Positions 39,287-52,639 of a DNA stretch of 64,000 bases are shown one piece after another; within the stretch, counting starts at the first letter, position 1; each line of letters starts with the position of its first letter. The DNA lies in NCBI GenBank assembly GCA_964016885.1, contig OZ024745.1:64108001-64172000 (forward strand), written 5' to 3'. A program made the translations under genes and the position numbers. Below the pieces are notes generated by a model. It did not search any database. It was given only the letters and a program-made list of their open reading frames with translations, and was not told the DNA's origin. The DNA comes from Eledone cirrhosa (Eukaryota).

Positions 39287-39787
39287 TGTAGTGACCTACA
39301 TTCCGCGGGTTCACATACATTCTCTGTGCGTGATTTGGCTCAGCTCAGCCAATCAGCGCCAGTAGAAGAGGATGTATCCCTACACGTTCTGAGGGAGAAA
39401 TAGCCCGCAAAGATTTGAGGACGCCATCACTTCCAGGCTAGAGGACTTCCAGGCTTGACCATGCTAAGTAAACACTGCTTGTTCTTTTGCTCCGCCAGCG
39501 CAAACAATATGTAACGACAAAACATTCCTATGGAGCTGGCTAAACGCCTCCAACCAGTTGACCGTATTTTCTCTTGTAATCTTAATTGAATTATTTTATT
39601 TCTCTTGGCATGCCAGCTCAACCTCTGTTAATAAATAATGTAAAACCAAGCTAAAAGTCGTTGTCAATATTCCTATTATATCTTTCTACCAAACCTGGTT
39701 ACTCGTGGCAACCTTACCAACTTCTAAATACTTCTCTGCTAAATTGGAATAAACATCTTCAACCAAATTGGTGACTTATATTCAACA
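39287..39787 (+). mobile_element. Possible solo LTR (or intronic promoter island)
   Basis: Starts TGTAGTGA and ends TTCAACA, CpG-rich against its background, CCAAT box, two AATAAA; no TSD found. Confidence 0.4.
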
Positions 39788-41005
39788 ATTGTGTTTACTG
39801 TCACCAGTAAAATGAGATGTATGTCATGAGTGCAGAAGGCTTGCAGTGGTTGAAAAGGAATAAGATTTTCATGTTCCAATGGATGTTTAATGTCAGTGTG
39901 CATGAATGACAAAGCACAATTGAACTGAGAGAAAAGCTGTGTATAAGAGGAATGAGATAGTGTGAAAGAGAGAATTGCACTGGTATAGATATGTAATGCT
40001 TAAGGAAAGTGAGTTAAATAATGTGCTGGACACTTGAAATAGATGGAACCTGTCAAAGAGGGTGGCTAAGGAAAACATAGTCAAAAGTTATGAAGAATAA
40101 CATCACAAAATTGTACTTCAATAAGGAAATGATGCCGAATTTAGTTGACTGGTGACTTGTTGTATTACAAATGGCTGCCCATCAAGCAGTATATCACTGC
40201 AATTCTAAAAGTAAATATGATCACCTGGATTGGAGAGATCTATTTTAGCCTGCAGTTGATAAAACGTTTCTAGTATTGGTATCATAGTACCTCCTTTAAA
40301 GTAGTGGATACATACACCAAGGCAATGTCGGGTAGAGAGGACTCTTAAGTACTGTCAACGACATGACCACTTCTCCAGTGATGGTGCCATGATAAAATGC
40401 ATCCATTACTCCCAATTGAATGAGAGGACCCTTTTATTTTACTGAGTGCATGACAACCTTCCTAGATTACCAACCTCTCTAATGTGATTGCATGTGGTTC
40501 AGTACTATAAAACATACTAGATTACTCTCATCTTGTGAATGGTCAGCTTATTTTCTATGACTATCCTTTATATTTTGTTTATTTTTGAGTAGTAGTGCAC
40601 CTGGGACTCCATTATTTAATGTCCTTTTTTTAATTCTAGTGTCGTTTGAAAGATTTTGCTAATGTTACTAATGGTTCAAGTAACCACCATGTAGAAATTT
40701 TCTTCTTGGCCCATTACATTTTAGGTTGAAATTATTTCTGTGGTAATTATTTTGTGGTGCACGTGTACATGTCCTACCTTCTGCAGAAATTAATATTGTC
40801 CAAGCTCAAGATATGCAAATGTATAGAGAGGTGCAGTCTTTCACTGATACTTGCTCATTAAGTCTCTCTCTCTGTCTTCCTTAGTCTCCCTTGCATGCTC
40901 TTTCTTCTCTCTCTTCCCCAATCTCTTGTTCTTTCTGCTTTTCTTGCTCTTTCCACTCTCTCTTGTTCTTTCTCTCTTCTCCCTTGTTCTCTTTCAGTCT
41001 CTTCC

Positions 41006-41191
41006 TCTCTCTCACCCTGTCCCCTCCCTCTCACCCTGTCCCCTCTCTCTCACCCTGTCCCCTCTCTCTCACCCTGTCCCCTCTCTCTCACCCTGTCCCC
41101 TCTCTCTCACCCTGTCCCCTCTCTCTCACCCTGTCCTGTCTCTCTCACCCTGTCCCCTCTCTCTTGCCCTGTCCCCCTCTCTCACCCTGTA
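41006..41191. repeat. 19-bp pyrimidine-rich minisatellite (about 9 units) within a CT-rich tract
   Basis: Unit TCTCTCTCACCCTGTCCCC. Confidence 0.92.
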
Positions 41192-44100
41192 CTCCTTCTC
41201 TGTGTCTTTTTTTTTTTTTTTTTGCAGTATTAAATTAATGAAACTGACATGATTGCAACAAACTATAATTGTTGGTTGGTAAAATAGAAGTAAAATAAAA
41301 TTAAATATATGAATTTAATAACTGGAAAGTAACGGCTTCAAATTTCAATCTATAAAGTTCATTATTTTTATATTTTTTATTTATTTATTAATTTTTGTAT
41401 TTGATTTGTTTCTTTTAATTTCTTCTTTTAATTTGTTTAAATGTTTCTTTTAATTTCTGATTCACAACTTCATTTCTGAATTTAATTTTTCAAAACATCT
41501 CAGCTTTATCAATTAGATTTTTTTTTAGAGAAAAACAAAACAAACAAAAAAAAAAAAAAAAAGGAAAGAAATAACAGTAGAAATTGAATCCAATCAGAAT
41601 TGCTATCTTTTGATTCTGCAGCCATGAATACATTAATACTTGACTTCAGTAAAAAAAAAAAAAAATTCAGAAAAATGTCAACCTAAGCCAACCAGCAAGG
41701 ATTTGTTAACGGGTGAATTGATAGAGTTCGCCTCCAGGCATCATTCTTTCTGCATTAAACATATAACTACTGAAAATTGTGAAACACATTTTGTTTCATT
41801 TTGAGATTGATTCCGAGAATGTGTTTTGGTATCTCCAAATTAGTAATGAAGCTAAGAAATTCGATAAATTTTACATTTTTCTTTTAAACAAAAATTAGTA
41901 AAAATATTTAAAAAAAACATTTTAAAATAAAATTATAAAAATCTTATTTTTAATCAAATTATTTTGATATGTATACAACACAGCTTGAATACCAAATGTC
42001 ATATGCAAATCAAACTATGTTTTGTAACATTAAAAATTTAAGCATGAAAATACAAAATGCTCTAGAAATATACTTCGACACAAAAATATTCAGACACCAA
42101 ACATTTCTTTTAGATGTTGCTAGCAATGGTAGTAGTTTAAAATACATTATAATATTGGCACTATAAAAAATATAAAGAAGGGTTTCTTCTTATCTTCATA
42201 TATTGACTTTTTGTTGAATTATAAGGGCAAATATTTCTCTGGATCATTTAATGATATGGGGTATGGGTTCTTAATAAAGAGAAGCATACAAGTTTATTGT
42301 TGTCATCGTCGCACCAACATGCTTGTATGCACATTTAATAATGTACTTGAAACACTATTTTGTCATACAGATGAGCTCCTAACATTGGGAATGACCATGG
42401 AAGCATGGTTAGTGGTTTAGTAGATTACTTCACTCATAAGGTACCAGGTTTGATTCCACTTGAATTTCAGGCCAGTGTCATTTACCATAGCTTCTGGTTA
42501 GTCTAAGTCTTTTGAATGAAATCGGATAGACAGAAACTGTTTGAAAGACTTTTGGATGGATTGTATGTGTAAATCACGTTGTTTCTGAGAATTACATTAA
42601 GTACATGTCTTTGAAATATTCAGCCAAATGCATATTAATTTAATGACTCAAATGTTCAGTAGATTGAACAATTGTCTGATCATTGTTGAAACTGATAGAA
42701 CTTAATAAATTTAACACTTGAGCAGTAAATAAATGGGTCACATCATTAATTCATTTTCATATATTGACAACAAATTTGTCTGTATGGAGTTCATTTCTTT
42801 CTGACTATACCAGAAAATTGCAGATACAAGGAATAATTTTGAGGAAATAATTGGACTTAACCAAGAGTCAAACCAACATAACATGCTCTTCTTGCTGAGA
42901 GTTTCTTTATTATTCTGATTCAGTCTTTCCATTCTTAATTCATAAAACTTCACAATTCTTCACTTTCTATTTATTTCTAATATTTATATATGGCTGTACT
43001 ATTTTTTCCATGCGTCATCTCTTAGTCATTTTGCTTTGTTGGGCCTGATTTGGTGAATGTTTTTGTTTCCTTTTTAATAAAATGCCCCATGTTCATGTCT
43101 CCCATTTTCTTCTTCTGCTTATCCTAGAAGGAATTTCTTTTCAAAAAGCAAAACCTAACAATCTAATTTCTCAGTTTTTATTTTATTGCCATAAATTTCA
43201 GAGAAAACTTAAAATGTACCTTTATTGCTAATGAACTATTAACAAAAGCATTAAGCCCACAGTTGAAATATTTATATTTAGAATTTTTGTCTTTTACTTG
43301 TCCATGCTAGCTTGTGTTCACTCAAGTATGATTTATTTTCAAATTGATATATTTGTACAATTTATTTGTAGCATCGACTTTGTAGCTTATTAATCCTTTT
43401 TAAACACTCACAAGTCGTTCTTAAAGTGGGTGTAGCATTTATTTTTAGTTCGGTTTAGGATGTTAAAGATCACTTTATTTTTGTTATTTGCTAAAACTGA
43501 ATTTCATGCACCACCACCACCACCACCACCACTTCCATCATTCCTTTCATCCAACATATCCAACCACTACACAGTCAGATGCCACTGTTTTTGTTTGTTT
43601 GTTTCATTGCTCAAGTATTTAAAACTAGAGTAGTTAGAAATTTCAAAATCTTTTTCTGGATTTTTAGCAAGTTATTTAGTTATGTTAATGAACAATATAT
43701 GGTACAGTATGTGTAATGTGAGTTGTTTTATTTTGTTGGGTGGGTGCTCTTTGTTTTTAGTATGTGCCATGCGAATGCTCTAGTGTTAGGCAGTGATTGT
43801 GTAGAGTATGAACTATGTGGGTTGTTATATTGGGTGATGATTGTATAGGGTGTGGGTTATGTTTATAATATTAGGTGGGTATTGTGTAAGTTGTGCTAGA
43901 TATTGGATGTATTTAGGAGCCCCATGAGGTGGAGGTGGCTGTTTTAGTGGGTCCTGCTGGCAATTATCTGCAGAAATGCATTTCCAGCTTTGTCTGGGGG
44001 GGGGGGGTGCAGCCGAAATACCATGGGACGGATGACCAGAGTGAATTGGTCCACTGATAGCATACACTGTAGGCCAGAGAACAAGGAAAGGAGAGGGCAC

Positions 44101-46889
44101 CTAACCTCATTTGTCAGGGTGATTCTAATTTTGTGGTGTTCCTTGACTGATCCTAGGTGATTTACCATTCCAGATGGGACCTTTTTGACATGTTTTTTAT
44201 CTGTTGTTACCTTCTTACTCAATCATATAGCCCTTTTATTGTTCCTAACATCTTGGGCCCTTGTGGCCAATTAAAGTATTAATATTATCATTATCTTTAT
44301 TAGTTGAAATCTCATATGTCCATTGACCATGCTAGTATAGGGTGGACTGAGATGTAATCTACAAAAATTATCATAATTGATAGGTGGTGTGTTGTGTCTT
44401 ATATTTTCACAGTATATGTGAGCTCCATTAAATAAGACAACCCTCTGACTAATTGATTTCTGTTACAACCCTAAGTTTTAACTACTTATATCACTAATAG
44501 TCCAGAAGAAAGACCAGCTATACCTCATATGGTCTTATTTTCCTTCCTGTATATAAGGCTTTTATTTTTTACATTTGTTTTTCTTTACTAAACTAAAAAT
44601 ATCTTTTTCTTTATCAGTAAGATTGCTTTTATAAATTATTTATAATATAAATTTTATAATCTTTATAAATTTGATAATGGAATTTAATAAACAAAACTAC
44701 TCTTTCATCTGTAATTACTGAAACTCACAATATTCTTTTCATTTATATATTTTGCTCCTTTCCTTTATTCTTCTCTTAAAATTTAGCCTCTTTTTTACTT
44801 TCTCTCATTTGGTTATTTCAGTATACTCATTTATCTTTTTAGCAGTAAAGATTGTACAAGAATGGTAAGCTATAGAAAGCATGAACATTTAGTTGCTGTT
44901 ACTTGTTTTAATTTTTAATTTTTATTTTTAAAATCAGTTTTGTTTGGCTTTTCCAAAAATTAACTAGGGCACCTATATTGTAATTAATAATTATGTTCAA
45001 TTTTTCATTATTTCATACTCTTCCTCCTCCTCATGATCATTGTTGAAACACATAACTTACTGTATTTATTCTAGATCTCTATGCTCTGAGTTCAAATCTT
45101 GCCATAGTCCAATTTAGTTTTCTTTCTTCTGTGGTCATTAAAGAACTGGTGTTAATAAAATCTATTATTCCCTCATTCTAAATTTCAAACCTTTGTTTTT
45201 GTTTGAAAAGATTATTATTAATAATGTGATGTAGTGGCAAAAAGGATAGAATGTCGGACCTAAATATTTTTTGCCGCATTTACTTTCATTCTATTATGTT
45301 TTGGTTCAAATCCCGTTAGTCTTGCCATATCACTCCTTACAAATGTGTTGTAAACTAATAATTCATCATATAAGTTCAATCCAGTGTGTCCAGAGCAGGG
45401 ATCTGTGTCAGCATGTAAGATTTCAGGAACAGAAAAAAAGTTTGGATTACAAATTATTTAAGGAAGAAATAAAGGAGAGTTTAACCCTTCATTCAACACA
45501 AACTGGCTTTTATAATAAATGTTATTTTCCTTACCTTTCTTTTTTCTTTGATCCTTTGTTTAATGAAGGACAATTATCCAGAATTTTGAACTCTTCTCTG
45601 TTTCTTCCGTACAGTGTAAAATTAATTTATATTGTACTCTTTGGTTAAAAAAAAAGAAACATGTTTTTTAAATGTTCTTACAAACATGTGGCCTTAGTGC
45701 CCATATGAGAAATCAATATCATTATTAATCTTTTTATCTAATATATTTTCTATTCTATCAAGCTTAACATTTTTCTTTATTCTGAATGTTTGTGTTTTTT
45801 TCTTGTTTAACTGTTTCTAAATATTGCTGACATTTTCCCCTTCCTTCACCATACGTAGGCTAAAGCTAGAACATTTCATCATAAATCAATATTTTCTTTG
45901 CTCAGATAAGCAATAATTATATAGCGATATATGAATACATAGTGAAATATAGCAAATTTTAAAAAAATGTGAATTTAGTGAAAGGCAGGAATTGGTTGGG
46001 AATGTCTTTATGGCTGCTGAGTCTGTTAAAACTTGCAGTCAAATGTCTCAAATGACACCATCTTAAAAATGTAAAGACATTGATGGGTGGTAGTTAATTA
46101 TTTGCTTGTTTGAATATCACCACCTGGTTCTTGGATTCTTTCAATGAAGTTCATGATATATTTTGGCCCAAGTCATACAGGTCTTGATATATGTCCTGGA
46201 CAGTGCCATTCTTTCTGACAAATTGATTAAAAAAATGTCTTGCATAAAAAAAGGTATGGTATTTTATTACAGCTCATCTTGATCAGGACTTACATGGGTT
46301 AATAGCTGGGTTTATTTAAATTCCAACACTTTCTGGAATAGGTTCTCATTGCCTAAAGCTAAATAAATAAATGCTTATTAGATTGAAATTTTGTCCCCAG
46401 CCAATGAGGGACTTATACTTAAAAGGTTGGAACCTCCTTCCCTCTTCTTTTCATACCAGAAACTTATGAGGATGCATTTGTGCTGAAAATATAATTTACT
46501 GGTTTATTTATATGCAGCATATATGAAATCAATGTTTTGAACTAAATGTTTAAACAATTTTGTTTTTCATATGAACATTTGAGCAGTTGTCAATATAAGT
46601 GAAGATATCCTTACACATGCAACTGTTTGTCCTCCTAGAAATAGTTGCCAAAAATTCTTCAAATCATACACTTGAAACAGTTTGGACATATTGGACTATA
46701 TGTTCCTAATTAAAGGGGGAAAAGATAGGGTTAAACATGGTTGGAATGCCTTTGATAATTTGTCTGCTTCATCAGTGCTTGTCTATCTATAAGCAACAAC
46801 TTTTTGTCTTTGAATTGATTGATGATATCTAATTATCAATGATTGAATCTATAGTGGAGAATACCAGATTTGAAAACAACTGGGTTTAA

Positions 46890-47954
46890 ATTCCAACACT
46901 TTCCGTCCTATTTCAAACACTTTCCGTCCTATTTCAAACACTTTCCGTCCTATTTCAAACACTTTCCGTCCTATTTCAAACACTTTCCGTCCTATTTCAA
47001 ACACTTTCTGTCCTATTTCAAACACTTTCCGTCCTATTTCAAACACTTTCTGTCCTATTTCAAACACTTTCTGTCCTATTTCAAACACTTTCTGTCCTAT
47101 TTCAAACACTTTCTGTCCTATTTCAAACACTTTCTGTCCTATTTCAAACACTTTCTGTCCTATTTCAAACACTTTCTGTCCTATTTCAAACACTTTCTGT
47201 CCTATTTCAAACACTTTCCGTCCTATTTCAAACACTTTCTGTCCTATTTCAAACACTTTCTGTCCTATTTCAAACACTTTCTGTCCTATTTCAAACACTT
47301 TCTGTCCTATTTCAAACACTTTCTGTCCTATTTCAAACACTTTCTGTCCTATTTCAAACACTTTCTGTCCTATTTCAAACACTTTCTGTCCTATTTCAAA
47401 CACTTTCTGTCCTATTTCAAACACTTTCTGTCCTATTTCAAACACTTTCTGTCCTATTTCAAACACTTTCTGTCCTATTTCAAACACTTTCTGTCCTATT
47501 TCAAACACTTTCTGTCCTATTTCAAACACTTTCCGTCCTATTTCAAACACTTTCCGTCCTATTTCAAACACTTTCCGTCCTATTTCAAACACTTTCCGTC
47601 CTATTTCAAACACTCTGTCCTATTTCAAACACTCTGTTCTATTTCAAACACTCTGTCCTATTTCAAACACTTTCTGTCCTATTTCAAACACTTTCCGTCC
47701 TATTTCAAACACTTTCCGTCCTATTTCAAACACTTTCTTTCCTATTTCAAACACTTTCTTTCCTATTTCAAACACTTTCTTTCCTATTTCAAACACTTTC
47801 CGTCCTATTTCAAACACTTTCCGTCCTATTTCAAACACTTTCCGTCCTATTTCAAACACTTTCTTTCCTATTTCAAACACTTTCTTTCCTATTTCAAACA
47901 CTTTCTTTCCTATTTCAAACACTTTCTTTCCTATTTCAAACACTTTCTTTCCTA
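46890..47954. repeat. 21-bp minisatellite (about 50 units)
   Basis: Unit TTTCAAACACTTTCYGTCCTA; it produces the spurious KVFEIGQ and FKHFLSY ORFs. Confidence 0.98.
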
Positions 47955-48809
47955 TCAGCACTTAATATAACTATTGGCACATAAAACTATTAATATTTAA
48001 TATTGTTCTTATCAATAGTGTTCTCATCATCCCACCCTGAATAAATATTTGCTAATTCATTGATATAATCCATTAAAAAGAAATATATAATCAGAACAAA
48101 TGTTGTAGTGCTCTTATACTCAACTCCACTCTATCCAAACAGTGAGGCTGATGTTTGGTGACAATGCATAATTTTATCACAAAACCTAATTTCTTATCAT
48201 ATTTCTACACTATGTATGTGTTTAGATTAATTTTAGTCATGAAGAGTTTGATGGGATTTAGTAATATAACTAACCTTTCTCATTAAGTTACTGTTTGGAA
48301 TATATAAGATTAAGATTATAATTTAAAATTTAGATATGTGTACTTCAAAGGTTTTTGTATCCTATACATAGGTGGTCTCAAGGGGGCTCGTATAAAAAAA
48401 GCAAATAAGGGAGGGGCATATTGAATAATATAGTTCTAGACAGGGTGGGGGTGCCTAGAATGCCTTTTATAGTAAGTCTACTCAGTTAGATTTTGACCTG
48501 AGACTAAACATATTTAAGATGTATCTAAATGAGAAGTATATACTTTACAACTACTTCATTTGTTCAAGTCTTATTGCTGTCATTTCTGACAGGTTGAGTG
48601 ACCACATAGACTTCTTTGCTTGCTTGAGGTACCTGTACATGTAGATACAACTGGTCATTATAAGCAACAGTGCTAATGGTGGTATCTACCTCATGCTGGC
48701 TATTTGTAGGTCAATGTAACAGTTGATTGTGTTGGGGATAGATGGATACTGCCTAGCACTGGTGAGGGGATATGAATTATTGATTTCTACAGCTAGTAGT
48801 AGTATGACA

Positions 48810-49480
48810 GCTAACTTGGCTAACTGTGACATTGGCTGATGTGGCTTGCTGTGTTATCAGTCAAGATGGCTAGCTGTGACATTGTTCAACGAAGCTCATT
48901 GTGTTATCAGCCAGTGTGGCTTGTGGTGTTGTCAGTCGATTTAGCTAACTGTGACATTGGTTGATATGACTCAGTGTTATCAGCTAGTATGGCTGTGATC
49001 CTGGTCGACATGACTCAGTGTTATCAGCCAATGTGGCCTGTGGTGTTATCAGTCAACATGGCTAACTGTGATCTTGGCCGACATGACTCACTGTTTTACC
49101 AGCCAATGTGGCATGCTGTTTTACCAGCCACCTTGGCTAGCTGTGACATTGGTCAATATAACTCATTGTGTTATCAGCCAATGTGGCTTGCTGTTTTATC
49201 AGTCAATATGACTTACTGTGTCATCAGCCAATGTGGCTTGCTGTGTTATCAGCCTACTTGGCTAACTGACATCAGTTGATGTGACTTGCTGTGTTATCGG
49301 TCAGCTTGGCTAGCTGTGTTATCGGTTGATCTGGCTTAGTATGTTATTGGTTGACATGGCTTGCTATAAAATCTGTGAATGTGGATCACTGTGAGATTGG
49401 TCAACATGGAACGGTATGGCATTGGTCGATGTGGATTACTGTGTTATCAGTCGACATAGCTTGCTGTAACATTGGTTGGC
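48810..49480. repeat. Degenerate ~26-bp tandem repeat
   Basis: Recurrent ctgtgttatcagccaatgtggcttg / ctgtgacattgg modules. Confidence 0.75.
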
Positions 49481-49914
49481 AAAGCAAAGTTATTGCAAGA
49501 ATCAATTACATATATGGTATACCTGTTATCTTTAATTTGTTTAATATGGTGAAATAAGGGGATTTTGAATGTTTTATGTTGCTTATACATTTAATGTCAC
49601 CAACTTAAGAGAGTAAATGTGCTCCTTTTCATTTTTCTTTATTTCATTTTTTCTTATTGTTTTCTTTTATTTTTTTTCTGCACAAGGGAAATTAAACTGG
49701 ATCCCTCCCCCATAAAATAAAATAGAAAATACTATTTGCTTAATTCATGATGAAAATTTCTGTTATTTCAAAGACCATTTTCCAATAGGAATCAAACTTT
49801 TATTTTCATGATTTTCTTTTGGTCTCATCAGATTAGATCTTGGTAAATATTGTATGAATTAGTAGCACAGTATACTATGTATATATACACACACACACTG
49901 TATGTACATATATA

Positions 49915-50010
49915 CAGGGTGTCCCCAAAAATGTATACACACTTTAACAGCATTCTAATAAATATTGCCTGCACAGATAATCAGTGTATACATTTTTTTG
50001 GGACACCCTG
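49915..50010. mobile_element. Tc1/mariner-type MITE (96 bp, TA TSD)
   Basis: TA|CAGGGTGTCCCCAAAAATGTATACAC ... GTGTATACATTTTTTTGGGACACCCTG|TA. Confidence 0.85.
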
Positions 50011-50036
50011 TATGTGTGTGTGTGTGTGCATATATA

Positions 50037-50150
50037 ATGAACAATTCAGAACCCTGATGGCTGAGCTCCGGCCATTTAAACAGTTAGATCCGAACGCATC
50101 TAGCTGTTGAAAGAGCTGGAGCTCGGCCGTCGGGGTCCTGAATTGTTCAT
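50037..50150. repeat. 114-nt fold-back element (53-bp arms, 8-nt loop)
   Basis: ATGAACAATTCAG..AACAGTTAGAT-ccgaacgc-ATCTAGCTGTT..CTGAATTGTTCAT; 44 of 53 positions Watson-Crick. Confidence 0.85.
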
Positions 50151-50476
50151 ACTACCCACTCTACTAAGCCAAGTATTGAGTACTCTGGTGAGTAATGGTC
50201 TAACAGGTTTTTACCACCTCCATTCTGATATATATATATAACATATAAAATTAATCTTTTAATATATAATTTTTTTAGTTTGTATTATTTTGTTTTTACA
50301 CATAATTGTTGATATTGTATGAATGTTCTTTTGTACAACGAGACAAAGCAGGGAAAGAAATTGGTGTGTGTCTGTATATGGAAATATCAATGATTTGTGA
50401 CAAGCAACTGTTTGCACCATTCCAATGAAAATAACAATCTCAATTATGGTATTGTTTGCTCATTCTTGCAGTCAAC

Positions 50477-50529
<53 letters not shown>

Positions 50530-50798
50530 CATAAACACATATCTGTACACACATTTCACACACATAAATAATATGCAAACATAACATCTCTTGTCAAATA
50601 TAAAAAATCTGAAAAAATAACCAGAATAAAAACAATGAAATAAAATATCTAATGCAAACCTGATTAACAATAATTGGAATATAATTTTTAAATACAACAA
50701 AAATTATACAAGAATTCCTGAGCTATTTCCTCTATTTATATTTTTCAAGTATAAATCAATAGATTTTGTATTGATTTGTTGAATTTGTCATTCTTCAG

Positions 50799-50879
50799 AC
50801 TGGTAAGAAAGAACCAAGTGCCGAGCTAGAAGATGCTATTGACAATTGGCATAAGAAATCAAGAGATTTAAGACGTCAG
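50799..50879 (+). CDS. CTNNA: alpha-catenin coding exon 8
   Basis: ttcag|TGKKEPSAELEDAIDNWHKKSRDLRRQ|gtaacg; 81 nt; not in the ORF track. Confidence 0.95.
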
Positions 50880-51959
50880 GTAACGATGAAACATTTTTGA
50901 CATTTTTGTGATTAAAAAGTTCATTTTTTTTTATTTGTATTGTACCTTTGTTGTTCAAAGCCAGACAAATCAACCCAATGTTTGTTCTTCTTATCACATA
51001 CCTGTGTCTGATATGAGCTCTGAAGTTTTACAACCTGTCAGATGAGATATCTCTGAGCAGTTGGCAAAACCAGAAAGAACTGGACAAAAATATAGATATA
51101 AGGCAGATGGCTGGTGTATTACCTACCAGCAGTTTAATGGCTCAACATTGCATAAAATATATTGGCCACCTGATACGAATGCCAATCAGCCAGCTGGTAT
51201 AACAGCAACTACTCTGGCTTCTGAGCCAGTGGATGACTACACCAGCAGTGGATTAATTGAATTCTAAACATGCTCTGCATTGACAGCATGAAGCTACTGC
51301 AGGCTTCATGCCTTGCTGCAGATAGCCATTTCCACAATGACAACCTCTTGTTAGAAGCATCTGAGGAGAAAAATTGTTGTTCCTGTTGATTTTCATGTGA
51401 GCTAACAGAATAGTACTCAGAGACTAGGAACACGTTTGTGTTTAAGTTAATTCCTTTCATGAAATGTTTTGTGTTCATCCACCAGTACCAATGAAGACCA
51501 TGACTTGGGTTTTGATTGAGTTTTATGTGATCGTAGATAGTTGATGACTGATTCTAGTACAAAAATACCAACCACAAATAGCTTGTGGTTTTATATGTGC
51601 TGGCTGACTAACTTGCATTGGGTGGTGTATAACTTTCCCAGAAAGGACTTAACATTCATAACCATCTGACTATCCTAGTTTTTAATGAATAAAATGTCAA
51701 TCTGGCTTTTTTTTCAGTGATCAGGTGGCTGGCTGGCTGGTTTACTGAAATTGGTATTGCAAATAGTCCATTTCACATTACATAATTCTAGGTGCCTTGC
51801 TCCCTCTTCATATCCTGAGGCACCATGCATTCTATTTTGGTGCTGCCAGATATAACCATTGAAGTTGCCTGCTAGGATTTAAGGGTTTTGTTATTTATAA
51901 GGATTCCACATAGAAACAGACCTTTTGTTTTTTTATTTAGTCCTGATTGCAGTGTATAG

Positions 51960-52270
51960 ATAGGCAATAGAATGACAAGTATATCTATGTTTAATTTGAG
52001 CTTGAAAATTCTGTCACTTCAACTACCTCAATTACCTTATCTATCTCATTCTCAGCTAGCAGAAGGCTGATGCCATGTACTCCATCATCATTATATATTA
52101 AGAAAAGCTTATATCTATGCTGTTTGCCTCTGAGTAGTCTAGTTGAGGTAGCCCTCCATCTCACCTCTTGAACACAGTATACATCCACTTGTGTCCTCTC
52201 AAACATCTCTACAATTTCATTGGATCTACCTTTCCATGTGTTAACAGTAAGAGTTGCAATTCTGGGGTGT
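51960..52270 (-). mobile_element. RTE LINE AP-endonuclease fragment
   Basis: IATLTVNTWKGRSNEIVEMFERTQVDVYCVQEVRWRATSTRLLRGKQHRYKLF..GVHGISLLLAE..VIEV. Confidence 0.8.
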
Positions 52271-52639
52271 GTTATTAACAGCGGTGCTTAGGTCATCTGA
52301 AAGGAAATGTGGATGAGTAATTGCTCAGTGGTGGTTGATGGGTTCTCACATATGGCCAGGTCAACCACCCGACAATTGTGCACATCACTAACATGATTAG
52401 TTTTAGTTATGTATATGCAATTAGTGAACCGCTGGTTTTAGGGGAATAATTATCTATTTCATTGTAGTAAGAATGCATATAAATATAATTTTAATTATTA
52501 GCTTGTATAATAATATATCTATCTAGTCAGCTTTCAAATGACATAACATAACATTTCTTCTGATTATTCAAAGCAGACAGTATTTTTCTTATGAAATAGT
52601 CATTTCTTTCAAATAAAGCAAACATTTATCTCTCTCCCT

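Noticed and set aside
43944-44222. HKIRITLT resembling ribosomal protein S20 (HRIRITLT)
   Set aside because: Match limited to about 8 residues; flanks unrelated to RPS20
46849-47970. Heptad-repeat ORFs of 254 and 366 aa
   Set aside because: Stop-free frames of a 21-bp minisatellite
34247-50798. Nested LRRTM-like gene as in vertebrate CTNNA introns
   Set aside because: No long non-repetitive ORF or LRR motif on either strand
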